From a bacterium (GTDB lineage: Bacteria > Fidelibacterota > Marinisomatia > Marinisomatales > JAHJCW01), in contig JAUWFQ010000001.1 of the NCBI GenBank assembly GCA_030606865.1, forward strand, positions 1 to 51,106: DNA of 51,106 bases. The letters run 5' to 3'. This document shows, in pieces, positions 36,184 to 44,624 of this stretch (its first letter is position 1; each line of letters opens with the position of its first letter). Both the position numbers and the translations under genes were made by a program. The notes under the pieces are model-generated. The model saw only the letters and a list, made by a program, of their open reading frames with translations. It had not been told where the DNA came from and searched no databases.

Positions 36184-37185
36184 ATGAGTATTATTTCATT
36201 GATATTACTTGGCCTGGTAATCTTATTCGTATTGGTAATTTTTTATTTTGTACCAGTTGGGATGTGGATTCAGGGTGTAGTAAGTGTTGGTTTAGGCAAA
36301 ATTACAATTATTGACTTAATCCGTATGCGCTTAAGAAAAATTCCACCACGCTTAATTACCGATGGAGTTATTAATTGTTATAAAGCAGGTTTAACTGATA
36401 TTGGTACAGATATGCTGGAAACGCATTTTTTAGCGGGTGGTGACGTCGCTAATATTGTTTTTGCGTTAATCGCTGCGGACAAAGCCAATATTGATTTAAA
36501 GTTTGAAACCGCTACGGCGATTGATCTTGCCGGGCGTGATGTAAAAACGGCTGTGCAAACTAGTGTTTATCCAAAGGTGATTGATGCACCAGTAGAAGGG
36601 TATCTTGCAGCAGTTGCAAAAGATGGTATTGAGTTGAAAGCTCGTGCCCGTGTTACAGTTCGAACAAATATCCCCGGATTAGTAGGTGGAGCCACTGATG
36701 AGACTATTATTGCTCGTGTTGGCGAGGGTATTGTTAGTGCAATCGGTTCGTCACACAATTATTCTCGTGTATTGGAAAATCCGGATAATATTTCTAAAGC
36801 AGTGTTAAATAAAGGATTGGATGCTGGTACGGCATATGAAATATTATCTATTGATATCGCCGATCTTGATGTAGGTAAGAATATTGGTGCGCGTTTACAA
36901 GCCGACCAAGCCGAAGCTGATTTACGTGTCGCTCAAGCGAAAGCAGAAACACGCCGTGCGATGGCAGTAGCGGAAGAACAAGAAATGAAAGCACGTACGC
37001 AAGAGATGCAAGCGACTGTTGTAAAAGCCGAAGCTGAAGTTCCCAAGGCTATGGCACAAGCATTCCGTGAAGGTAATCTTGGTGTGTTTGATTATTATAA
37101 TTTAGGTAATATCAAATCTGATACAGGAATGCGTGATAGCATAGCAGGTACGGGCAAAAAAACCGATAAAGCACCTAAAAAATAG
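36184..37185 (+). CDS. floA: flotillin-like protein FloA (SPFH family, YqfA/UPF0365)
   Basis: It aligns throughout with my memory of B. subtilis YqfA, for example [43 protein letters not shown] and QADQAEAD. An AGGAGG Shine-Dalgarno sequence precedes the ATG. Confidence 0.9.
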   Translation: MSIISLILLGLVILFVLVIFYFVPVGMWIQGVVSVGLGKITIIDLIRMRLRKIPPRLITDGVINCYKAGLTDIGTDMLETHFLAGGDVANIVFALIAADKANIDLKFETATAIDLAGRDVKTAVQTSVYPKVIDAPVEGYLAAVAKDGIELKARARVTVRTNIPGLVGGATDETIIARVGEGIVSAIGSSHNYSRVLENPDNISKAVLNKGLDAGTAYEILSIDIADLDVGKNIGARLQADQAEADLRVAQAKAETRRAMAVAEEQEMKARTQEMQATVVKAEAEVPKAMAQAFREGNLGVFDYYNLGNIKSDTGMRDSIAGTGKKTDKAPKK

Positions 37186-37197
37186 GAGTTAATACCA

Positions 37198-37890
37198 ATG
37201 GAAGGCATGGGCATTTGGATATTTCTTCTTTTATTTTATTTGTTGCAGGCGCTAGTAAAACGTAAACAGAAACAACAACGTCAGCAAGAAGTTGAAGAAA
37301 CAAGTCCAAAACCACAAACAGCTCCTACTCCTCATCCGAGTAGTGAACCGCAGAGAGGTAGAACTCCGCAGAAGCCGCAACGACCTGTATCGTTAGAAGA
37401 TCTATTTAATCCGGAAAAGTTGCGGGATATTTTAGGTGTCCCGCAACCGAAACCGGCTGAAGAACCAAAGCCTAAACCGGTTCCGCAACCGATTGCTGCG
37501 CGTAAAGTAAAACCGGAAATGCACAAAAGATGGGAAGAACCGCAACAGCACAAACCGTCATTACAGCATGAAGAACCGCGTGAAACGGTTTCAAGAATTG
37601 CTTCTGCTGATATAACTGACGTTGACGAATCCACAGCTAAATTCAAATCAAGTCGTTTAGGCAAATCTGATATAACTGACGTTGACGAATCCGCGGCAAA
37701 ATTTAAATATGGTCGTTTGGCTAAATCAGATATAACGAGCGATCGTTTTGATGAACGTAAAACTGCTCCGGGGAAAAAGAAGATAAAAGTAGTTTTAGAC
37801 TACTTTGACGAACAGGAAGATTTTCGCCATGCGGTAATCCTTAAAGAGATTTTAGATAGACCAAGAGCGTTTAGAAGGAATATTAGATAA
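37198..37890 (+). CDS. hypothetical membrane-anchored proline-rich repeat protein
   Basis: N-terminal TM helix (GIWIFLLLFYLLQALV), a basic KRKQKQQRQQ stretch, a Pro/Lys/Gln-rich linker and 2.2 copies of a 20-aa repeat. The C-terminus reads FRHAVILKEILDRPRAFRRNIR. It starts 12 nt after floA. Confidence 0.6.
   Translation: MEGMGIWIFLLLFYLLQALVKRKQKQQRQQEVEETSPKPQTAPTPHPSSEPQRGRTPQKPQRPVSLEDLFNPEKLRDILGVPQPKPAEEPKPKPVPQPIAARKVKPEMHKRWEEPQQHKPSLQHEEPRETVSRIASADITDVDESTAKFKSSRLGKSDITDVDESAAKFKYGRLAKSDITSDRFDERKTAPGKKKIKVVLDYFDEQEDFRHAVILKEILDRPRAFRRNIR
37607..37741 (+). repeat. 60-bp tandem repeat, about 2.2 copies, inside the Pro-rich protein gene
   Basis: CTGATATAACTGACGTTGACGAATCC... recurs at 37607 and 37667, with a partial third copy from 37727. 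It encodes SDITDVDES(T/A)AKFK(S/Y)(S/G)RL(G/A)K. Confidence 0.9.
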
Positions 37891-37912
37891 ATATTTATTA
37901 ATAATAATTATA

Positions 37913-37940
37913 GTAGAGACGTAACATGTTACGTCTCTAC
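37913..37940. terminator. 28-nt perfect palindrome GTAGAGACGTAACATGTTACGTCTCTAC between convergent genes (candidate bidirectional terminator)
   Basis: The 14-nt arms are exact reverse complements. The TAG stop of the aminotransferase gene (complement of 37937-37939) lies in the right arm. A TTTTT run follows 3 nt downstream on the plus strand. Confidence 0.6.
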
Positions 37941-39262
37941 ATATTTTTCAAATACATATCTAACGTTTTTACACGATTTTCAAGTTCTCCGTATTGCTCC
38001 TGTGGGACAAGAGAAATACATATCCGCACTCCTTCACGCTTAGTGCCGGTTGGACGCATAGGGATTCCGGACATACCAAACAATAACATAGCGTGTAATA
38101 ATTCACCACCGGTCATTCCTTTTCTCTTTACAGTAAAATAAAATCCATCAGCTATTGGTTCCTCCATATCTTTATCGTATAAGAGTTCAAAGCCATTCGA
38201 TAAGAATATTTTTTTTACTTTATTTGCGCGTTCTCCATAAGTGCGTACTATACTGAGATAATCATATTCACTTTTACAGCTTGCTTCAAATAGTGCAGAT
38301 AGCGCGTGTTGTGGCGATTGTGGGACACCCGCGGTAGTCGGATAAATTCCACCATGTACAAAAGCATGTCCAAATGATTTAGTATCAAAATATTTTTTCA
38401 GATTGTCGTATTTCTTTTTTGCAAGTTTAGGAGATATTACAGATACAGCAATTCTTTGTCCGGCGTAGCTGAACATTTTTGAACTAGATATTATAATAAT
38501 ATAATTATCTGTATAATTAGCTACGGTTGGTGGATATGGCGGTTCTCCCGGCACACTATAGTCAAAACGAAAATCCATTCCAAAATAGGCTGAGTCCTCT
38601 ATTCCAACCACATCGTATTTCGTTAACAATTCGCCAATGTTTTTCAATTCTTCATCCTTTAAACATAACCAAGTAGGATTGTTTGGACTAGACCATAAAA
38701 CTGCGCCTATTTTTCCGGTTGACAGTTTCTTTTCAAGTTTTTTTGCTAATTGAGTGCCACGACAATTATATAAATCGATAGAATCACATTTTAATCCTAG
38801 AAACTTTGTTTGAAGTTTATTTACCGGGAATCCGGGGTCAAGATATAAAATAGTGTTAGTCTTTTTGAATCTGCGACCTGCAATAGCTTGAGATATAAAA
38901 CCGCCGTGCATAGCCCCTACGGTGGGTATGCAGTTTTCAGGCTCAACATCAATGTTTAAAAATGCTTTCACAAAGCCAGAAGTTGCTTTTTTAAGACGTG
39001 GAATACCATCAAATGGTGGATAGGTTGAAGGTAATTTCTTATCTTCAGTAAGTACACGGATTTCCTCTTCGGGACCCATCCTATCAGCTGGTATACCGGG
39101 GACGCCAAATTCAAAATGTAGAAAATCAACTTTATATTGATCGGCTAAATTATCTACAAGGCGTTTTAACTCTCGTATACCGATGTCGTTGAGGTCTACT
39201 TCATGGTCTTTAATAATATTATTTAGGACGGTCTCATCGAGTGGAAATTTTGATTTGTTCAT
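37937..39262 (-). CDS. class I/II PLP-dependent aminotransferase
   Basis: About 441 aa from MNKSKFPLDET (trimmed start, 7 nt after the ptb stop). It has the fold-type I pattern, with the SSSKMFSYAGQR block containing the Schiff-base Lys context (SxSK). Confidence 0.8.
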   Translation of the reverse strand: MNKSKFPLDETVLNNIIKDHEVDLNDIGIRELKRLVDNLADQYKVDFLHFEFGVPGIPADRMGPEEEIRVLTEDKKLPSTYPPFDGIPRLKKATSGFVKAFLNIDVEPENCIPTVGAMHGGFISQAIAGRRFKKTNTILYLDPGFPVNKLQTKFLGLKCDSIDLYNCRGTQLAKKLEKKLSTGKIGAVLWSSPNNPTWLCLKDEELKNIGELLTKYDVVGIEDSAYFGMDFRFDYSVPGEPPYPPTVANYTDNYIIIISSSKMFSYAGQRIAVSVISPKLAKKKYDNLKKYFDTKSFGHAFVHGGIYPTTAGVPQSPQHALSALFEASCKSEYDYLSIVRTYGERANKVKKIFLSNGFELLYDKDMEEPIADGFYFTVKRKGMTGGELLHAMLLFGMSGIPMRPTGTKREGVRICISLVPQEQYGELENRVKTLDMYLKNM

Positions 39263-39269
39263 GATAATC

Positions 39270-40106
39270 TCATTTAAATTGATTGTGATAAATTGATAGC
39301 CCAAGTGCTATGGAATTCAGTTTTGTTTCCATAATATCGGAGCGTGAAAGTAGTATAATCGGAATTTTTGCACCAATAATTACACCGCCCCCTTTTGAGT
39401 TGCCAATACTCAGCAACATTTTGCTAATGAAATTAGTAGCGGTAATATTTGGTCCGATAAATATATCGGTTTTACCAGCAATTTTTGAATTGATTTTTTT
39501 TGCTTGTGCCGCCATTGCCGATAATGCCACGTCAAGTGCTATTGGACCCTCTATAGTGAAACGCGAGTCATTTTTATATCGGTCCGCGGTATTATGTGCT
39601 AAAACTGTTTCCGGTAGTTTTCCCGAAACTTTTTCTATCAACGCTAACATGGCAATATTCGGTTTGGAATTTTTTAAAGCATGGGTTACCTGTAATGCGT
39701 TTTCGATAATTGAGTCCAAAAGTTTTTCTGATAATGTAGTATTTACACCACCGTCGGTAGTTAGTATAAGTCGCTTGTAATTAGGCGATTCTAACACAGC
39801 AATATGAGAAAGATATTTATTTGACAGCAATCCATTTCGTTTATTCATAATAGCTTTTAATAAAGTTGCAGTATCAATATTGCCTTTCATCAAAAGATCG
39901 GCATCTCCGTTTTGTACGGCTATTATAGAATCGTTTAAAGCTTTTTCAATATTATCGTTTTTAAAAAGTAATGGCTTAATCCAATTTTTAGCTTTTGCTT
40001 CTTCCAATGCTTGTAAAATATATTTTTGCTGAGGATTTACCACAGCTAATCGCAACGATTTTTGTCTGGAAACTGAGTCATATATTTCTTTGTAGGATGT
40101 AATCAT
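39270..40106 (-). CDS. ptb: phosphate butyryltransferase / phosphate acyltransferase family
   Basis: 278 aa with the PTA_PTB-family pattern (ADLLMKGNIDT, ILTTDGGVN, GPIALDVALS) and the canonical partner position next to buk. It overlaps buk by 4 nt. Confidence 0.85.
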   Translation of the reverse strand: MITSYKEIYDSVSRQKSLRLAVVNPQQKYILQALEEAKAKNWIKPLLFKNDNIEKALNDSIIAVQNGDADLLMKGNIDTATLLKAIMNKRNGLLSNKYLSHIAVLESPNYKRLILTTDGGVNTTLSEKLLDSIIENALQVTHALKNSKPNIAMLALIEKVSGKLPETVLAHNTADRYKNDSRFTIEGPIALDVALSAMAAQAKKINSKIAGKTDIFIGPNITATNFISKMLLSIGNSKGGGVIIGAKIPIILLSRSDIMETKLNSIALGLSIYHNQFK

Positions 40107-41143
40107 AAATACTCTTTTACAGTATCTTTTCCATTTAAAATGTGCAATACACCTTGATTAAGAGCTTCTAATTCAAAAGAACCCGCATAGACAAGATGCG
40201 GTTGAATAAAACTCAAGTATTTGTTCAATTTTTCGATTAAATAATAAGAATTGGCAAGTCCCCCGGTTAAGATTAAAGCAGATGTCTTTCCTGAAAATGC
40301 TGCATGTAATCCCCCAATTTCCTTAGCAATCTGATAAACCATTGCATCGACAATTAGTGCTGCTTTTTCATCACCGTCATTAATTCTTTCTTCAATTTCT
40401 TGAAATTGATTTGTACCAAGATAGCCCTTCAAACCGCTTTCTTGTGAGAATAATTGTTCTGCTTCCTCGCGAGTTTTTTCATCTGAAAATATTTCATCTA
40501 ATATGCCGGCAATCGGCAAACTGCCGGCGCGTTGTATCGAAAATGGTCCCATACCAAGTAGTGCGTCATTTACATCAATAATTTTTCCTCCTTCTACTGC
40601 TGCAATAGAGAATCCGCTACCAAGATGAGCAATAATAAATTTTGTATTAGTTATATTAATACCGATTTCTGAAGCTGCTTTACGAGCACAATATTTAATA
40701 TTTAATGCGTGACTTCTACTTTTACGCTCAATCCCCGGAACGCCGGATACTCTTGCCACATCAATAAACTCATCGGTCGTTATAGAATCTATAATATAAG
40801 CAGGTACATCAAATTGGTGGGATAATTTGTCTGCGATAAGAGCCGCTAAATTTGAGGCATGGTTTGCGTATTCGCACGATATGTATGCCGACAACATTTT
40901 TTCATTAATACTGTACACTCCTCCTGCAAGTGGTTTTAATGGTCCGCCACGAGCAGCAATAGCGTCTAATTTAGTTATTTTGCTAAAGAAAGGACTTAAG
41001 GAATCGAACCGAATTTGAAGTTGGTCAGGTATCCAAGAAAGTAAAGAATTTTGTGAATGGTTTATTTGTTCACGCCATAATTCCCGTTCATTACTGAAAT
41101 ATCCAATTTCAGTTGTAGTAGCCCCGGGATTAATAGCTAAAAT
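40103..41143 (-). CDS. buk: butyrate (short/branched-chain acyl) kinase; start codon uncertain (the ORF track starts at GTG 40918)
   Basis: HLGSGFSIAAVEGGKIIDVN and LTGGLANS motifs are present. The same frame stays open upstream to 41176 and encodes (I)LAINPGATTTEIGYFSNE..., the ASKHA phosphate-1 motif of butyrate kinases. That stretch has no ATG, GTG or TTG. A candidate ATT start at 41143 lies 12 nt after AGGAGG. Confidence 0.8.
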   Translation of the reverse strand: MLAINPGATTTEIGYFSNERELWREQINHSQNSLLSWIPDQLQIRFDSLSPFFSKITKLDAIAARGGPLKPLAGGVYSINEKMLSAYISCEYANHASNLAALIADKLSHQFDVPAYIIDSITTDEFIDVARVSGVPGIERKSRSHALNIKYCARKAASEIGINITNTKFIIAHLGSGFSIAAVEGGKIIDVNDALLGMGPFSIQRAGSLPIAGILDEIFSDEKTREEAEQLFSQESGLKGYLGTNQFQEIEERINDGDEKAALIVDAMVYQIAKEIGGLHAAFSGKTSALILTGGLANSYYLIEKLNKYLSFIQPHLVYAGSFELEALNQGVLHILNGKDTVKEYL

Positions 41144-41230
41144 AAAGAAGACACACCTCCTGTTAATTTTGATGCTTCAAATTGTAAAAATATCTGTTTA
41201 AAAATAACGTTGTTTATTAAAGCAAAATAA

Positions 41231-41767
41231 TTATTTGATTAATTCCATTCCGTGCTTAAGCGCTTTTTTATTTACAGGTAATAAATGATGATTGCGTTCC
41301 GGTAAGACTTTAGACAAACCTTCCATGATTGATTTAACCGATACAAGTGGTCTTTTTGCTAAAAAAGCACCAAGAATGATCATATTCATTGTTTTTTTAT
41401 TACCAAGTTTAGCTGCTTCTATGGCAGCCGGAATTGCATAAATATCAATATCTTTTCGTGTTGGTGGATTCAAAACATTGTTTGATTCATAAATTAGTAT
41501 GCCACCCGGTTTTACTTTTGGTTCAAATTTTTCCAAAGATGGTTGATTTAACACAATTGCTGTATCATAGCTGCTAATAATTGGTGAACTCACATTTGTA
41601 TCCGAGACAATAACAGTGCAATTAGCGGTTCCCCCGCGCATTTCCGGACCATAGCTCGGAATCCAAGCGACATATTTGTCCTCTACCATACCGGCGTATG
41701 CTAAAGTCATCCCCATTGATAAAACACCTTGTCCGCCAAATCCAGCGACGATTAATTCTTCGTTCAT
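41231..41767 (-). CDS. 2-oxoacid:ferredoxin oxidoreductase, gamma subunit
   Basis: 178 aa with the N-terminal motif AGFGGQGVLSMG, typical of POR/KOR/VOR gamma subunits. Confidence 0.9.
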   Translation of the reverse strand: MNEELIVAGFGGQGVLSMGMTLAYAGMVEDKYVAWIPSYGPEMRGGTANCTVIVSDTNVSSPIISSYDTAIVLNQPSLEKFEPKVKPGGILIYESNNVLNPPTRKDIDIYAIPAAIEAAKLGNKKTMNMIILGAFLAKRPLVSVKSIMEGLSKVLPERNHHLLPVNKKALKHGMELIK

Positions 41768-41768
41768 C

Positions 41769-42563
41769 TTAAGCTCCTTTAGGTGGGGTTTTTAAATCAC
41801 CTAATGGATAATATCCTAACACTTCTTCATCTATCTTTTTATTTGCCTCAATTGGTGTCATCTTCCAACCGGATGGACAATTACTTACAACTTCAACATA
41901 ACTTGTGCCGCCTTTTCCATCAATTTGATATTGAAATGCCTGTTTAATTGCTTTCTTACATTTGCGCACTGTTTTCGCTGAGTTAACTGCTTGACGAGTT
42001 ACGTAGTAAGCGCCATCCATAATGGCGATCATTTCAGTAATTTTAATGGCATGGCCTTGAATGTGAACATCGCGTCCGTGCGGTGTCGTGGATGTTACAT
42101 CTCCCTCGAGTGTAGTCGGCGCCATTTGCCCGCCGGTCATCCCATAGATTCCATTATTTATAAAAATCATTACAATATTTTCACCACGGTTAATTGTATG
42201 GATAGTTTCAGCAGTACCGATTGCGGCAAGATCTCCATCTCCCTGATAAGAAAACACAATTTTATCGGGCAAAACCCGTTTAATGCCGGTGGCTACTGCA
42301 GTAGCGCGACCATGCGCGGCTTGCTGCATATCAACATTCATAAAATGATAGGCAAAAACTGAACAGCCAACAGGTGCAACACCTATAGTATTTTCTAAAA
42401 TCCCCAACTCATCAATCACTTCCATTATTAAACGATGAACTACTGAATGACTGCAGCCCGGGCAATAGCTAGTTGGTGTATCGTGAAGAACTTCAGTTCT
42501 ATCAAATACGACATCCATTTGATCAAGATTGTTGCAAACGATGCCTTCTCTAGTTGTTTCCAT
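41769..42563 (-). CDS. 2-oxoacid:ferredoxin oxidoreductase, beta (TPP-binding) subunit
   Basis: It has an N-terminal CPGCSH cysteine motif. The TPP motif region is GDGDLAAIG...NNGIYGMTGGQ. Confidence 0.9.
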   Translation of the reverse strand: METTREGIVCNNLDQMDVVFDRTEVLHDTPTSYCPGCSHSVVHRLIMEVIDELGILENTIGVAPVGCSVFAYHFMNVDMQQAAHGRATAVATGIKRVLPDKIVFSYQGDGDLAAIGTAETIHTINRGENIVMIFINNGIYGMTGGQMAPTTLEGDVTSTTPHGRDVHIQGHAIKITEMIAIMDGAYYVTRQAVNSAKTVRKCKKAIKQAFQYQIDGKGGTSYVEVVSNCPSGWKMTPIEANKKIDEEVLGYYPLGDLKTPPKGA

Positions 42564-42573
42564 AAATATCCTG

Positions 42574-43647
42574 CTATATTTTTACTTGTTTGGATAAATC
42601 TTTAATTTTTTGAACAATTTCATCAGGTTGAGGAATCATACCCCCCATTCGACCATAGAAATCAACTGGTATATTACTACCAACTGACAGACGAACATCC
42701 TCAACCATTTGCCCGGCATTCATCTCAACAACCAAAATTCCTTTTACGCTATTCGCCAAACGTTTCAACTCATCGGAAGGAAAAGGAAATAAAGTGATTG
42801 GACGAAGTATGCCAACTTTCAGTCCTTGTTCACGTGCTAATTCTAAAGCTTTTTGCGATGATCGTGATGATAAACCAAAAGCAACAATGAGTATATCAGC
42901 ATCTTCGGTCATAATTGATTCAAACCGAGTTTCATTCTTTTGGATTGTTTTATACTTATCTTGTAGATGGATATTTATCTCTTCCATTTTTTCTGACAGG
43001 AGATGAAGAGATGTAATATAATGCTGTTCCCTTCCATTTTCTCTACCAACGGTTGTCCAGCTGGAATGATCTACAAGATGTTCCTCTGGATTGTATTCCG
43101 GAAATTCAACCGATTCCATCATTTGACCCAAAGCACCATCAGTAAGGATAAGTACAGGATTACGATATTTATCAGTCAGATCAAATCCTAGATAAACAAA
43201 ATCCGCCATTTCCTGAACACTGTTGGGAGCAAGAACAATTAATTTGTAATCACCATGACCACCACCTTTTACCGCTTGAAAGTAATCGCCTTGCGAAGGT
43301 TGTATTGTTCCTAATCCGGGACCACCGCGTACAACATTAACAAGTAAACATGGTAGTTCAGCGCAAGCCATATACGAAATCCCCTCTTGCATTAAACTGA
43401 ATCCAGGGCTACTGGTACTTGTCATTACTCGCACACCTGTTCCAGATGCTCCATAAACCATATTTATTGCAGCCACTTCACTTTCTGCTTGCACAAATAC
43501 ACCACCGCGAGAGTCAAGATTTGTAGCCATGTATTCTAATAACTCTGATTGTGGAGTGATTGGGTATCCAAAATATCCTTTTACACCTGCCCTAATTGCG
43601 GCTTCTGCAAGGGCTTCGTTACCTTTCATTAATAGTTTTTTACCCAT
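42574..43647 (-). CDS. 2-oxoacid:ferredoxin oxidoreductase, alpha subunit (VorB/KorA/PorA-like)
   Basis: N-terminus LMKGNEALAEAAIRAGVKGYFGYPITPQSE is present. Length is 357 aa. Confidence 0.9.
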   Translation of the reverse strand: MGKKLLMKGNEALAEAAIRAGVKGYFGYPITPQSELLEYMATNLDSRGGVFVQAESEVAAINMVYGASGTGVRVMTSTSSPGFSLMQEGISYMACAELPCLLVNVVRGGPGLGTIQPSQGDYFQAVKGGGHGDYKLIVLAPNSVQEMADFVYLGFDLTDKYRNPVLILTDGALGQMMESVEFPEYNPEEHLVDHSSWTTVGRENGREQHYITSLHLLSEKMEEINIHLQDKYKTIQKNETRFESIMTEDADILIVAFGLSSRSSQKALELAREQGLKVGILRPITLFPFPSDELKRLANSVKGILVVEMNAGQMVEDVRLSVGSNIPVDFYGRMGGMIPQPDEIVQKIKDLSKQVKI

Positions 43648-43654
43648 AATAATC

Positions 43655-43939
43655 CTAATTTACCGAAATTGAAATATTGTCTTTTACACCTGAAATTGTT
43701 GCAATCTTTTCTTTTGATGTTTTTGATTCTCTATACACAGTAATTATTGCCTCAGGGCACACTAATGCACAATTTATACAGCCGGTACAAGTATCATCTT
43801 TTAGTACAGCATAATGATAACCATTTTTATTAATATTTTTTGACATTTTGAGGGAATCTTGAGGACATTCACTAACGCATAACTCACAACCTTTGCAGTT
43901 CTCAATTTCAATCTTTATATGACCATGTAGTTTTGCCAT
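43655..43939 (-). CDS. 2-oxoacid:ferredoxin oxidoreductase, delta subunit (2x[4Fe-4S] ferredoxin)
   Basis: Two CxxCxxCxxxCP motifs are present: CKGCELCVSECP and CTGCINCALVCP. Confidence 0.9.
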   Translation of the reverse strand: MAKLHGHIKIEIENCKGCELCVSECPQDSLKMSKNINKNGYHYAVLKDDTCTGCINCALVCPEAIITVYRESKTSKEKIATISGVKDNISISVN

Positions 43940-44022
43940 AAATCACCTAATATTTATTCATTAATAGATACAAAAATTAACTCTTTTAACCTTCTACATT
44001 CAATCTAAATAGGTCGATAAAA

Positions 44023-44622
44023 CTATCTATAAATGTGTTCTTCGTGGAATTCTTTTATTTTCTCTTTAAGTTCTTTTTCGGTACCATTGTTATATATGGT
44101 ATAATCAGCCATTTCTGCTTTATCTTCATCTGTCCATTGTAACTCACTTCTCCTAAGTATGTCTTCTCTGGATAATGTACCTCTATTTAAGGCGCGTTCT
44201 ATTCGGAATTTTAATGATGAAGCAATAAGCAGGACTAAATCCAAATGTTGATCCATACTCGACTCAAAAATCAAAGCGCCATCAACTATGAAACTAGCAT
44301 ACTTTTTTTGATTAGATATTTTTATGAATTGTTTATCGAGTTCTTTAAATACAAACGGATGAATTATTGAGTTCAGAATTATTTGATGATCTTCATCTTG
44401 AAAGGCAACTTTTGCAAGTTTTTTCTTATCAATTAATTCATTATGGTCCAGCACATCACTTCCAAATTCCTCAATGATATTTTTTTGGACCTCTTTATTC
44501 TTATTTAGGATTTTTTTTGCTTCAGCATCGGCATCAAATATGTAAGAACCGAGTTTAGCAAGGATAGAGCTTGCTGTACTTTTACCACTGCCAATGCCGC
44601 CGGTTAGCCCAACTTTTAACAT
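44023..44622 (-). CDS. coaE: dephospho-CoA kinase
   Basis: P-loop GLTGGIGSGKST at the N-terminus. Length is 199 aa. Confidence 0.9.
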   Translation of the reverse strand: MLKVGLTGGIGSGKSTASSILAKLGSYIFDADAEAKKILNKNKEVQKNIIEEFGSDVLDHNELIDKKKLAKVAFQDEDHQIILNSIIHPFVFKELDKQFIKISNQKKYASFIVDGALIFESSMDQHLDLVLLIASSLKFRIERALNRGTLSREDILRRSELQWTDEDKAEMADYTIYNNGTEKELKEKIKEFHEEHIYR

Positions 44623-44624
44623 TT

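Noticed and set aside
37332-37664. 110-aa minus-strand ORF rich in Cys/Gly/Ser, antisense to the Pro-rich protein gene
   Set aside because: Its open frame is a by-product of the CCG/AAA-rich sense strand, since Pro and Lys codons read as Gly/Arg/Phe on the antisense strand. The sense frame has a start with proper spacing after floA, a TM helix and an in-frame tandem repeat.
39310-39780. 156-aa plus-strand ORF antisense to ptb
   Set aside because: It is fully contained in the conserved phosphate acyltransferase gene and is a low-complexity Ser/Ile/Phe-rich translation.
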